The notes beneath the pieces are model-generated. The model was not told the DNA's origin. It saw only the letters and a program-made list of their open reading frames with translations, and made no database searches. 64,000 nt of DNA from Gammaproteobacteria bacterium (lineage in GTDB: Bacteria; Pseudomonadota; Gammaproteobacteria; CAJXQU01): contig CBDEGZ010000003.1 in assembly GCA_965238175.1 (NCBI GenBank), positions 1,824,001 to 1,888,000 on the forward strand. Direction: 5' to 3'. Positions within the stretch are counted from its first letter, which is position 1; every line of letters begins with the position of its first letter. This document shows positions 20,285-30,111 of the stretch, piece by piece. The translations under genes and the position numbers were made by a program.

Positions 20285-21700
20285 TTAATTAGCTAAAATT
20301 TTCTCATTAACATCTCGAAGAGCCGTTCTTAAACCTTCTTCGATAACTGGATGATAAAAAGGCATATCGAGCATATTTTCAATAGTCATTTCATTTTGTA
20401 ATGCCCAGGATAATAAATGGGCTATATGTTCCGCTGCTGGCCCGATCATTTCTGCACCAAGGAATTTTCCTGACCCTTGTTCAGCATAGACATGCATTAA
20501 ACCTTTGTTTTTTAGCATGACACGTGAACGGCCCTGACTTTCAAAAGAGACTTCACCGGTTAATAAATTATCAACATGTTTTTTATTTAATATTTTCCAG
20601 TTCGGTCCAATGGTTGCGATTTGTGGGTCACTAAAGACCACACTTACTGGAACGCGTCGGAGGCCGGTATTTATGGTTGGATAATTACCTGCATTATCAC
20701 CGGCAATTTTGCCTTGATCAGCGGCTTCATGAAGTAATGGGATCTCGTTATTAGCATCACCTGCGATAAAGATGTGGCTTTGGCCACATTGCATTGTATT
20801 TTGATCAAATATGGGAATATTTCTCTCATCTAACTCAAGGCTAGTCTTTTCAATTTCAATATTATCGACATTGGCTCGACGTCCGGTGGTGGCTAAAACA
20901 TAGTCCACATTTGTTTCCTGAATTTGTCCTTGCCTGTCGGTGTACTTCAGGAAAACACTGTCACTGTCACGTCTCATTTCGAGAATTTTGCCTTTAGTAT
21001 CGAGATAAAACTCATCGGCAAATGTCTTTAGGCTGTATTCCTGAATATCAGGATCAGAAAGTGGCCCAATGGTCCCACTGCGTCCAAACATCAATACTTT
21101 CACGCCTAGACGATGTAGTGCTTGACCTAGCTCAAGCCCGATCACACCTGGTCCAAATACAGCGATAGATCTTGGTAAATCATCCCATTCAAAGACATCA
21201 TCATTAATGATCAGACGATCGCCGAGATCATTAAATGATTCGGGCCAGACTGGACGTGACCCCGTTGCGATAACAATTCTGTCAGCTTCTATTTGGAAAT
21301 CATCACCGTCTTCAGCCGTGACTTGCAGGGTATGATCATCAACAAACTGGGCATAACCACGTTGTTTATGTTTCGCTGGAATATTGTCTACAGATTCAAG
21401 TACGAAACCGACAAATCGATCGCGCTCACGTTTCACCCGATCCATCACTTCCAGGCCATTGATCTGGGTTTTGCCACCAGGATAGACACCAAAGCCGGAT
21501 GCTTTTTCAATGCTATGAGCTGCTTCGGCGGCGGCGATCAATAATTTACTCGGCATACAACCAACGCGAGCGCAGGTTGTTCCATAGGGACCACCTTCGA
21601 TCATGATGACATCTTCAGTATGAAGTAAGGCTGCACGAAAGGCGGATAAACCTGCCGTGCCTGAGCCAATGACAATCACTTCTTTTTTGATCTTATTCAT
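20285..21700 (-). CDS. dihydrolipoyl dehydrogenase-like flavin disulfide reductase
   Basis: GSGTAG, redox CARVGC, GPGVIGLE, YHPVIEE. Confidence 0.88.
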   Translation of the reverse strand: MNKIKKEVIVIGSGTAGLSAFRAALLHTEDVIMIEGGPYGTTCARVGCMPSKLLIAAAEAAHSIEKASGFGVYPGGKTQINGLEVMDRVKRERDRFVGFVLESVDNIPAKHKQRGYAQFVDDHTLQVTAEDGDDFQIEADRIVIATGSRPVWPESFNDLGDRLIINDDVFEWDDLPRSIAVFGPGVIGLELGQALHRLGVKVLMFGRSGTIGPLSDPDIQEYSLKTFADEFYLDTKGKILEMRRDSDSVFLKYTDRQGQIQETNVDYVLATTGRRANVDNIEIEKTSLELDERNIPIFDQNTMQCGQSHIFIAGDANNEIPLLHEAADQGKIAGDNAGNYPTINTGLRRVPVSVVFSDPQIATIGPNWKILNKKHVDNLLTGEVSFESQGRSRVMLKNKGLMHVYAEQGSGKFLGAEMIGPAAEHIAHLLSWALQNEMTIENMLDMPFYHPVIEEGLRTALRDVNEKILAN

Positions 21701-21871
21701 TATTGATCCTGTTAGTTTTTGGAGAGTTAGAATTATGATTACATAAATAAAAAGACAATATTAGTCGAGATAATGTTTTTTAAGTTTCATGAATTTTTAT
21801 CTCATCGCCGAAAAACTGCCAATATATTGTGATAGTATTACTCAACTTAAGGGAATAATGAGAATAATAAG

Positions 21872-23386
21872 ATGAATCTACACATTCGATGTTTGTCCTA
21901 CTTGGCTCTTTTTCTAGTAACAACTTCCGCCCAAAGTACAACTTCTCAGGAAATCTTTCCCATGCATTCTGGTGTTAGTTGGAGCTACCAATCTTCAGGT
22001 GGAAGTCACACGATAACCATACTTGACCAAAAGCATAATGTTAATGGTGTACTGACAACTGCAAATTCGTATTCAGATGGCAGTATCGAATACTACACAA
22101 ATGATAGTAATGGTTTGAGGCTACATAAATTAGCTAGCCCAGGCGATTTTGGTACAGATACAATCATTTTTAACCCTCCCGTTCAGCTGATTGATAGGAA
22201 CGTCATAGTCGGTGGTAGTTTTGTTTCAAATGGGACTGCTACAGCCACATATCCAGGCTATGGTGTAGCTGATGTGAGTTACACTGCTAATGCTGACATT
22301 ATTGACCAAGAGAATATTACAGTTATAGCTGGTAAGTATGAACATACTTATCACATGCGTTATAGAATTACCTTATTTGCAAACGGCGATTCAGAAACAC
22401 TCACAGTTAATCATTGGCTAGCACCTGGTGTTGGTCGTGTTAAACGTGATGCTACAGACTCAGATGGAACTAAATCTGCTCAACTTACTAGTGCAACCAT
22501 TCCGGTAACATCTCCTACACAGTTATTCTGGCACCATGCCATAACCGGTGAGACTCGACTCTATGAGTTAAATGGGCCTGCCATTACCTCCGAAACTAAC
22601 TTAAACACCGTGTCAGATATTAACTGGGCCATTGCTGGAACCGGTGATTTTGATGGTGACGGCGAAAAAGATATCTTCTGGCGTAATGGTGTTACAGGTG
22701 AAAACCGGATCGATTTTATGAAGGGGGCTACTGTTCTTAACAATACTCCAGTAAATACTGTCGCAGATACAGGTTGGAATGTAGCCGGGATTGCCGATTT
22801 TAATGGTGACAAAAAGGACGACATTCTATGGCATCATAGTGAAAATGGCCGGGTTTGGATGTATCTCATGGACGGAACAACCATCGTAGATAGCCAACAT
22901 GTGGCTTTTACAGCGCTTGACTGGCAGATAAAAGAAACCGGTGATTATGACGGTGATGGACGTGGAGACATATTGTGGCGCAACAGCACACATGGCCGTG
23001 TCTGGATGTACCTGATGAACGGTATTAGCATTCACACAAATGAACATGTAGCCTTTTCAGGAGCGGATTGGGATATACAAGGTACAGGTGATTTTAACAG
23101 TGATGGCAAAGACGATATTCTCTGGCGTAATTCACTAACGGGATTGAACTGGCTTTACACGCAGAACGGAACAAAAATTGAGATAAACCAAGCAATCAAT
23201 ACACTTGCCGATCTGAATTGGGAGGTGGTTGCTACAGAGGATTTTGATAATGATAACCTGGCAGATATTTTGTGGCGGAATCGAGCTACCGGAGATGATA
23301 TGTTGTATCAAATGAACGGTACAATCGTGATTGATGCAAGTATTGTTAATCAGGTTCCGGATCTGAATTGGGAAATTGTGAAGTAG
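21872..23386 (+). CDS. secreted protein with C-terminal FG-GAP/VCBS repeats
   Basis: Signal peptide; beta-rich N-terminal domain ending WLAPGVGRVK; five GD(F/Y)xGDGxxDILWRN-type repeats. Confidence 0.82.
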   Translation: MNLHIRCLSYLALFLVTTSAQSTTSQEIFPMHSGVSWSYQSSGGSHTITILDQKHNVNGVLTTANSYSDGSIEYYTNDSNGLRLHKLASPGDFGTDTIIFNPPVQLIDRNVIVGGSFVSNGTATATYPGYGVADVSYTANADIIDQENITVIAGKYEHTYHMRYRITLFANGDSETLTVNHWLAPGVGRVKRDATDSDGTKSAQLTSATIPVTSPTQLFWHHAITGETRLYELNGPAITSETNLNTVSDINWAIAGTGDFDGDGEKDIFWRNGVTGENRIDFMKGATVLNNTPVNTVADTGWNVAGIADFNGDKKDDILWHHSENGRVWMYLMDGTTIVDSQHVAFTALDWQIKETGDYDGDGRGDILWRNSTHGRVWMYLMNGISIHTNEHVAFSGADWDIQGTGDFNSDGKDDILWRNSLTGLNWLYTQNGTKIEINQAINTLADLNWEVVATEDFDNDNLADILWRNRATGDDMLYQMNGTIVIDASIVNQVPDLNWEIVK

Positions 23387-23568
23387 GTTCAAACTATTTA
23401 AAACTCTAAAGATAGGTTTGTATCGAAACCACAAATATCTGATAGCATAGTTTGAGTGAGTTTTTATGATTGATATGTGTGTGCTAGAAGTAAAAGATCA
23501 TTTGTAAACTGGTTTTGATAAGCTAAAAAGTCAAAGATTATTCACTCTGTCTCCCAAAGTTTATTTGT

Positions 23569-23687
23569 GTCGTAAAACTGTCGGGATACTGTGGTACGAC
23601 TATTTTTATTAGTGGAATAATAAAATGAATCTATATAGCATTCGATATGTAGCCTACCTAATTCTTTGTATTAGGAATGAACAATAA
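23569..23687 (+). pseudogene. truncated duplicate of the upstream region and signal peptide of the FG-GAP gene
   Basis: GAATAATAAAATGAATCTATATAGCATTCGATATGTAGCCTAC versus GAATAATAAGATGAATCTACACATTCGATGTTTGTCCTAC at about 21862; MNLYSIRYVAYLIL versus MNLHIRCLSYLALF. Confidence 0.65.
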
Positions 23688-23929
23688 ATCGCACCGACTT
23701 CGTGGATGGCACCTTGCATGTCAACAACGGAATCCTTATTGATTCGATAATAAGCCTTTGCCAGATTGATTAAGAATCATCCCACTATCCATATAGCAAT
23801 TTAGTCGATTTTTGGTCAATTCTTCGATTGGGGCCATTGTGGTGGCAGTGATTTAAGAGGAGGACGTTATAGATCGAGACTCTCGGGTCGTGCATCTAGG
23901 GTCTGGTTCTTATGCGTTATAGTCGGTAT
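23678..23929 (-). pseudogene. internally deleted papain-like (C1) cysteine peptidase remnant
   Basis: Fragments TLDARPESLDL*RPPLKSLPPQWP / YMDSGMILNQ / AYYRINKDSVVDMQGAIHEVGAIYCS; GAGG RBS then ATA instead of ATG. Confidence 0.6.
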
Positions 23930-24122
23930 TTATATTTCCTCAAATTAGCCTTAAATTAGATTGTCACTTGCATAAAAATGAGATGAAAAGCAAATTTCTT
24001 ATAGCATGTTTTGAATAGATAATGTATTAGATAAAAGCCTTGTATAAATCACTTTCGATAACTACTAAAATTCCAAACGACAGGAGTCTCCACAAATAAC
24101 GATAGTTAGATAACATCATGCA

Positions 24123-25046
24123 ATGAATCAAATAAAGTTGATCATAATTTTATTAATCTTAATGGTGGTTATGTTGCCGGTTGGTTTTGTCCAGGCCGAG
24201 CTTGAAATTGGTGGTTTATGGGTATCACCGGGAAAATTAATCAGTGTTGGAACACATCGTTTGCATATTTATTGTAGAGGTGAGGCGAATGATAAACCTG
24301 CTGTCATTATAGATTCAGGTTTAGGTGGTTTTTCGTTAGAGTGGAGACAAATTCAGGATGAGTTGTCAGATAAGTTGCAGATCTGTACTTACGATAGGGC
24401 AGGCTATGGATGGAGTGATCCTGGACCTTTTCCAAGAACCACCAAGACCATTACAAGGGAGTTAAGAACCTTACTCAATGGCGCGAAAATAGCACCGCCA
24501 TATTTATTACTTGGCCATTCTTTTGGTGGCTATAATATGATGTATTTTGCAAAGTCATTTCCTGAAGAAGTGGCAGGCCTGGTTTTGATCGACTCTTCGC
24601 ATCCTCAACAAGCAGATTGGTTTCCCTCGGTTTACCCAGATCTTCCCGAAGGTAGACGTCGCACACGATACGTATCAACTGCAAAGTTACCGAATAATTA
24701 TCCTCAGGATTATCGAGAGATTGCCTATCATCTAATGAGTGCAAAAAAAGCACGTAATGCATTACGATTTGAGAGTATGAATTTCGAAATCAGTGGTCAT
24801 CAGGTTGGTCGAATGGGTAAGTTGCCTGAAATGCCCTTAGTGGTTTTAACACGAGGAGAACGTGCGTGGCCAAAAACACAAAAAGGTGAAAAATTAGAGA
24901 CAGTTTGGATTCGGTTACAAAATGAATTGGCCAGAATGACAGAAGGTTCTACGCATGTGACAGCAGATCTAAGTGGACATTATATTCATTTGGATCAACC
25001 TGTTTTGATTAAAGAAGCAATCTTTAATATTGTTGATAGACCTTGA
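24123..25046 (+). CDS. alpha/beta hydrolase
   Basis: YDRAGYGWS, GHSFGG, SGHYIHLDQP; N-terminal signal. Confidence 0.9.
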   Translation: MNQIKLIIILLILMVVMLPVGFVQAELEIGGLWVSPGKLISVGTHRLHIYCRGEANDKPAVIIDSGLGGFSLEWRQIQDELSDKLQICTYDRAGYGWSDPGPFPRTTKTITRELRTLLNGAKIAPPYLLLGHSFGGYNMMYFAKSFPEEVAGLVLIDSSHPQQADWFPSVYPDLPEGRRRTRYVSTAKLPNNYPQDYREIAYHLMSAKKARNALRFESMNFEISGHQVGRMGKLPEMPLVVLTRGERAWPKTQKGEKLETVWIRLQNELARMTEGSTHVTADLSGHYIHLDQPVLIKEAIFNIVDRP

Positions 25047-25123
25047 TCAACAGTAAGGGTGGATCCTGTTGAAAATATCATTGGTATGATTCAAGGAACG
25101 TTTGTTGGTAGTTTATAACAATT

Positions 25124-25423
25124 CTAATCTGGGATATGCGACATTTTTCCTCCCCGAACGTTAGCGAACAAATGAAGCCTTAAAGTAAAGCCATAGAACC
25201 AGCAATAGTGCTTTTGCCTTGTCGAGTCAGGCCGAGGTAAATTGCCGACAGAAGTACCTCTGGGTATTCTCTCTGCCTGCGGCATTCACTTTATCATCGA
25301 TTTGAAAATACAGTTGCTCTAGACGATTCATGCTTGAATTCTGTCAAGTTATCATTTTCGTAAAATGATTTGATTGTGGCTTAAGCCTTGAGTTCAGCTT
25401 TTCTTATCCGCAGCTGAGATTAG
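25124..25423 (-). mobile_element. IS982-family remnant, internally deleted
   Basis: MNRLEQLYFQIDD start at 25331; GKSTI/WFYGFTLRLHLFAN matching the IS982 GKxxxGWFYGFKLHL motif; related ends CTAATCTCAGCTGCGGATAAG and CTAATCT..GGGATATG. Confidence 0.7.
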
Positions 25424-25474
25424 GTAATATGTTTACATGTAAAATAAATAAAGGTAAGCAGGAATGAAAGCTTA

Positions 25475-25513
25475 AATAGACTAGCTAGAATAGTGCATTC
25501 CAGCTAGCCTGTT
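25475..25513 (-). terminator. hairpin after the FKBP gene
   Basis: AACAGGCTAGCTGGAAT-gcact-ATTCTAGCTAGTCTATT on the minus strand with G-U pairs. Confidence 0.6.
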
Positions 25514-25521
25514 CAAGTTTG

Positions 25522-26208
25522 TTATTTATTAATGCTAAGAAGCTCTATTTCAAAAATAAGTGTTTCGTTAGGGCCTATTGCAGCACCTGCTCCTGTTGGA
25601 CCATAAGCAAGATCAGAAGGGATAAAGATCTCCCATTTACCACCTTCTTTCATCATGGGTAACGCTTCTTGCCAACCTTTGACAACACCGCCTACATTAA
25701 ACGTTGCTGGCCCTCGTTCAGCTGAACTATCAAATTCGTGTCCGTCGATGAGTGTGCCGCGGTAGTGGACTGTCACTGAATCTGAAGTAGTCGGTTTTGC
25801 ACCTGTGCCCGCTTTGATGATGCGATATTGCAAGCCACTTGCGGTTGTTTTTACACTATCAAGCTTTTTATTCTCGTCAAGAAAAGCTTGGCCAATTTGT
25901 TTATTTTTGTCTGCCGCTGCCATTTGTTTTTGTTGCATCTTTTGTTCTTCTTTTGTCATTACTTTTTGTAATTCTTCAAGAGAGACACGTGGTTCTTGAC
26001 CATTGAGTGCATCTTTAAGTGCCATAATCAAAGCATTTTGATCAATGTCGACACCTTGTTGTGCAATACCTTGGCCTATTTGCAAACCAATCCCATAGCT
26101 AAATTTCTGGTTATCGGTGGTTAATTCTGCGTCTTCAGCTATTGCGACGGACGTGAATAGAAAACTACCTGTAATAAAGGAAGCGGTGGTAAGAAATTTT
26201 TTTTTCAT
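25522..26208 (-). CDS. FKBP-type peptidyl-prolyl isomerase (Mip/FklB type)
   Basis: SYGIG, TASGLQY, VTVHYRGTLIDG.EFDSS, IPSDLAYG. Confidence 0.93.
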   Translation of the reverse strand: MKKKFLTTASFITGSFLFTSVAIAEDAELTTDNQKFSYGIGLQIGQGIAQQGVDIDQNALIMALKDALNGQEPRVSLEELQKVMTKEEQKMQQKQMAAADKNKQIGQAFLDENKKLDSVKTTASGLQYRIIKAGTGAKPTTSDSVTVHYRGTLIDGHEFDSSAERGPATFNVGGVVKGWQEALPMMKEGGKWEIFIPSDLAYGPTGAGAAIGPNETLIFEIELLSINK

Positions 26209-26311
26209 GAGGTTCTCCTAAAAAAGTTTCGGTATCTTCTCATAGAGAATGGAAATATGACAAGATCTCGCTGTGTCTGATTGTGACTGATTCACGAAGT
26301 TCAGCGTAATT

Positions 26312-26851
26312 TCAGTGTTTTGTGGGCCGTTTCTGTAGTTTTCGTTGTAATGTTCGTCGGTGCATTCCTAATTGTCTTGCCGCTTCAGAGATATTTCCAT
26401 CGCACTCGGTTAGGACTTTTTGAATATGTTCCCAGCCAATTCGATTAACGGAAAGCGGCTTTTCTGCTACGGGTGTTTCACTATTACCTGCATGTTTATC
26501 AAATGCGGCAACAATTTCATCGGCATCTGCTGGCTTAGTCAAGTAATGTGTTGCACCTAGCTTGATCGCTTCTACAGCCGTTGCAATGCTAGCGTAACCA
26601 GTCAGAACGATAATTTTTGCATCAGGATTCACTGCATGGAGTTTTGACACCAACTCTAGACCTGATGGTCCGGGCATTTTCAGATCAAAAATAGCGTAAT
26701 CAGGTATTAACGTATTAAGTTGAATTAATGCGGATGGAACATCATGTGCTACAGTTATTGTGAAGTTTCGATCTACAAGTGCATCTTCCAATACTTCACA
26801 ATAGATTAAATCATCGTCAACTAATAGTAATTGATCTGAGCTATTCGTCAT
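26312..26851 (-). CDS. regA: redox response regulator RegA/PrrA
   Basis: LTGYASIATAVEAIKLGA; WEHIQKVL..NISEAARQLGMHRRTLQRKL. Confidence 0.92.
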   Translation of the reverse strand: MTNSSDQLLLVDDDLIYCEVLEDALVDRNFTITVAHDVPSALIQLNTLIPDYAIFDLKMPGPSGLELVSKLHAVNPDAKIIVLTGYASIATAVEAIKLGATHYLTKPADADEIVAAFDKHAGNSETPVAEKPLSVNRIGWEHIQKVLTECDGNISEAARQLGMHRRTLQRKLQKRPTKH

Positions 26852-26857
26852 CGTTTC

Positions 26858-28147
26858 CTATAGAGCGGTTAAATTATTTAATGGCAAGTTTAATTTTGCC
26901 GTTACACCAGGTGTATTGATTCTATTTTCTAAACTGACATCGCCACCGAGTCTTGTTAACGTCGCCTTTGCTAAATAAAGACCAAGGCCGAGACCTTTTT
27001 CAGGGGACTTGGTTGATAAAAATGGCTCAGCTCCAATTTTTTCTTCAAGGCCAGAGGATAAGCCTGTGCCATTATCCTGGATCACTAATTCAAGATTGTC
27101 TTCACTCCAAATACCTTCAATCTTGATCAAATCTGATGATGCATCGGCAGCATTATTCAGAATATTAATAATTGCTTGTGTAATTGTTTGATCAGCAATA
27201 ATTTCAGGTGCAGGTTCGGTTCCCTTAAACACGCTCTCAACGACAACTTCTGGTCTGATTTTTAACCATTCTTGCAGGATCTTTTCGAGATATTGATCAA
27301 TCTTAATTAATTCACCAGAATCGGCACGACTCTGTCCAGCAGATGCAGCCATTCTTGAGAGAATTTCTTTACAGCGATCTATCTGGCCTCGCAGCAATGT
27401 CATTTTTTTACTGATAGTCGGTGTTTCTGTTGTAGTTCTCTCAAGCTCTTTAGAGAGTATTGCGATGGTTGCTAGTGGAGTGCCTAGTTCATGAGCGGTA
27501 CCGGCCGCGAGCGATCCTAAAGCAACAAGCTTTTCCGATTCCAGTGCGTGTTCACGCGTTTCTGCTAATAATTTATCCCGTGCTTTTAGTGTATGTCCGA
27601 TACGTGATACAAAATAAGCGACTAATCCAGCTGCAAGTAAAAAAGCGGCCCACATGCCCCAAACGTGAAGTGCAAAACCATGCCCATGGTGTTGCCATAT
27701 CATCATGGGTTCGTAGAAAGCCATCAATGTTGTATAACAAACGATCGCAATAACTGCCGTCACCCAGATATAAAACGGACGCAACATTGCAGCTGCGAAA
27801 GTAACCGGTAACATAAATAAGGAAACGAAGGGGTTTGATGCTCCACCGGTTGAATAAAGTAACAGTGAGAGTGCAAAAATATCGACAAGTAATTGGATAA
27901 AAACAAATCGGTCTGAGACAACGGTTATTTTTTCTGCCCATCTCCAACTGACTGTGGTGAATAGTCCTAAAATGATCAAAACTGCGAAAACGGGAGTATA
28001 GGGAAAAGGTTGAGCAGAAAGTTTTGTGAGCATCCACAAAATTAATGCATGACCCCAAAATGCGATCGAACGTAGCAATAAAACATAGTGAATGCATAGA
28101 CAAGTTAGATCGCGAGAGCGCTCAGGGTATTTCATAATACGCGGCAT
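26858..28147 (-). CDS. regB: sensor histidine kinase RegB/PrrB
   Basis: Quinone-binding TGGASNPF, H-box AHELGTPL, redox Cys in RCKEIL. Confidence 0.92.
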   Translation of the reverse strand: MPRIMKYPERSRDLTCLCIHYVLLLRSIAFWGHALILWMLTKLSAQPFPYTPVFAVLIILGLFTTVSWRWAEKITVVSDRFVFIQLLVDIFALSLLLYSTGGASNPFVSLFMLPVTFAAAMLRPFYIWVTAVIAIVCYTTLMAFYEPMMIWQHHGHGFALHVWGMWAAFLLAAGLVAYFVSRIGHTLKARDKLLAETREHALESEKLVALGSLAAGTAHELGTPLATIAILSKELERTTTETPTISKKMTLLRGQIDRCKEILSRMAASAGQSRADSGELIKIDQYLEKILQEWLKIRPEVVVESVFKGTEPAPEIIADQTITQAIINILNNAADASSDLIKIEGIWSEDNLELVIQDNGTGLSSGLEEKIGAEPFLSTKSPEKGLGLGLYLAKATLTRLGGDVSLENRINTPGVTAKLNLPLNNLTAL

Positions 28148-28200
28148 GATTGTTGGCGTTTCATTATGATGAATTTATCATTCTGCCGAAGATTATACAC

Positions 28201-28263
28201 TGCGACAAAATGTCACATGCGACAATTTGCCATCTTGCATCTTTTTAAAACCAAATGTCTAAT
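28201..28263 (+). promoter_or_regulatory. tandem RegA-like boxes plus sigma70-like promoter
   Basis: TGCGACAAAATGTCACA and TGCGACAATTTGCCAT abutting TTGCAT-N17-TCTAAT. Confidence 0.65.
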
Positions 28264-28269
28264 GGTTCC

Positions 28270-28375
28270 AGCGGTTATTTTAAGGAAAGAATACGCTAAA
28301 GCAGGCTTATCAATTAGTTGAAATAATCCCGATTTCCGAGGTAGTGACTCTCCAGTGGGTAATCGGGGTTTTTTA
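28270..28375 (+). ncRNA. candidate small RNA (about 105 nt)
   Basis: Promoter-like element upstream; AATCCCGATT...AATCGGGGTT stem plus U-tract; no evident ORF; UGACUCUCC within the loop region. Confidence 0.5.
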
Positions 28376-28484
28376 CTTTTCTTACTGCTCTTCTATCCAC
28401 AAAATTCTTATAACTTCATTAATGCATCGTTGAATATCTATTTTCGCCTCTTTCTTTTTTAGTTTGATCACTATTTAGTCTAAA

Positions 28485-28937
28485 ATGACGGAATACTATT
28501 TTAGGATTTGGGGAGAAGTTGGCATGAAAACAGTATTGAACTATTTATTTCTCTTTTTAAGTTTATCTTTATTGGTCGCTTGTTCTTCGCCTGACGAGGA
28601 AATAAAAGCAGTGGGAATTCAGTCGATTAATGCGGTTGATGCGTCGAAGAAATTTTCCGATAAAGAAGCTGTCATTATTGATGTGCGTGAGCAAGGTGAA
28701 TGGGATGAACAGCATATTCCTGGTGCCATCTTTATTCCGGTTGCTCAGTTAGGTTCGCGTTTGGCTGAAATTAATAAGTACAAAGATCGGCCTGTCATTA
28801 TGCAGTGCCATAGCGGGAGACGATCAGCACAGGCAGCTGTGCTGCTACATGGGGCAGGTTTTAAGGAAGTTTATAATTTAAGTGGTGGCATTTTGGCCTG
28901 GAAGCAGGCTGGTCTGGAGTTAGAGAAGAAAAAATAG
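28485..28937 (+). CDS. rhodanese-domain lipoprotein (start probably 28524)
   Basis: LVAC lipobox, IIDVRE..EW..HIPGA, CHSGRRS, LSGGILAW. Confidence 0.9.
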   Translation: MTEYYFRIWGEVGMKTVLNYLFLFLSLSLLVACSSPDEEIKAVGIQSINAVDASKKFSDKEAVIIDVREQGEWDEQHIPGAIFIPVAQLGSRLAEINKYKDRPVIMQCHSGRRSAQAAVLLHGAGFKEVYNLSGGILAWKQAGLELEKKK

Positions 28938-28984
28938 CCTGCAGTAATTTGGGGGTTCAAGCTGCTTAATTGTTATATCTTAGT

Positions 28985-30025
28985 TCAAGGGCTTGGATTC
29001 GGGTATTTCTGATGAATAGCTTCGATGCCTGCTAACACTTCTTCGCTTAGTGTGACATCTTTGCTGTCTATATTGGTTTTCAGTTGTTCCATTGTTGTAG
29101 CACCAATGATGGTACTTGTGAGAAAAGGACGAGTATTAACAAAGGCCAGTGCCATTTGCGCGGGATCAAGATCGTGATCTTGCGCCAGTTGTATATAGGC
29201 TTCGGTAGCATTGAGTCCTTGTTCTTTTGTGTAGCGGCTGAATTCTTTAAACAGCGTCAAACGTGCACTTTCAGGTTGTTGGCCATTTAAATATTTACCC
29301 GAAAGCACACCAAAGCCGAGTGGCGAATATGCTAGTAGACCAACATTTTCTCGAATAGAAACTTCAGAGAGTCCAATTTCAAAAGTACGATTCAGCAAGC
29401 TGTATGGGTTTTGGATACTGACGATTCGATGTTGTTTTTGATCCGCAGCAACTTGCAGATATTTCATGGTGCCCCAGGCGGTTTCATTGGATATACCGTA
29501 ATGTCTTATTTTCCCTGCTTTTACTAGATCGGAAAGTGCGTCTAGTGTTTCTTCTATTGGCGTAACTTCTTCATTTGGATCTGGTGTAAAACCTAATTTC
29601 CCAAAGAAATTAGTCGATCTATCTGGCCAGTGGAGTTGATAAAGATCGAGATAGTCGGTTTTAAGGCGTTTGAGGCTGGTATCAATAGCGGCTTCGATAT
29701 TGGGTCGATCAAGCCGGATCTTCATCTCTCGCATATGTTTGACCCATTCACCGCGACCGCAGACTTTTGAAGCGAGAATGAGTTGGTTACGATTTTTACG
29801 TTGCTGTATCCAGTCTCCAATGATGCGTTCAGTATCACCATTTGTTTTAGGATGGGTTGGAACAGGATAGAGCTCGGCTGCATCAATAAAGTTGATCCCA
29901 GCTTCAATAGCATAATCGAGTTGTTCAAATGCCTCTGCGGGAGTATTCTGTTCACCCCAGGTCATGGTGCCAAGGCAAATTTCACTTACGTCTATATTGG
30001 TGTTACCTAGCTTATTATATTTCAT
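28985..30025 (-). CDS. tas: NADP(H)-dependent aldo-keto reductase
   Basis: LGTMTWGEQN, DLYQLHWPDR, SIQNPYSLLNR, YPNPSP end. Confidence 0.9.
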   Translation of the reverse strand: MKYNKLGNTNIDVSEICLGTMTWGEQNTPAEAFEQLDYAIEAGINFIDAAELYPVPTHPKTNGDTERIIGDWIQQRKNRNQLILASKVCGRGEWVKHMREMKIRLDRPNIEAAIDTSLKRLKTDYLDLYQLHWPDRSTNFFGKLGFTPDPNEEVTPIEETLDALSDLVKAGKIRHYGISNETAWGTMKYLQVAADQKQHRIVSIQNPYSLLNRTFEIGLSEVSIRENVGLLAYSPLGFGVLSGKYLNGQQPESARLTLFKEFSRYTKEQGLNATEAYIQLAQDHDLDPAQMALAFVNTRPFLTSTIIGATTMEQLKTNIDSKDVTLSEEVLAGIEAIHQKYPNPSP

Positions 30026-30111
30026 TGTTTTTCTTCAAAATGTACGTCAGGTTGTTGTAAGATCGTTTAATTAAACTCAAGTAAGAGATAGAGTATAGCG
30101 AATCTATTTTC

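Noticed and set aside
22620-23290. Periodic DNA similarity suggesting a repeat array or CRISPR
   Set aside because: In-frame, degenerate, and explained by FG-GAP protein repeats
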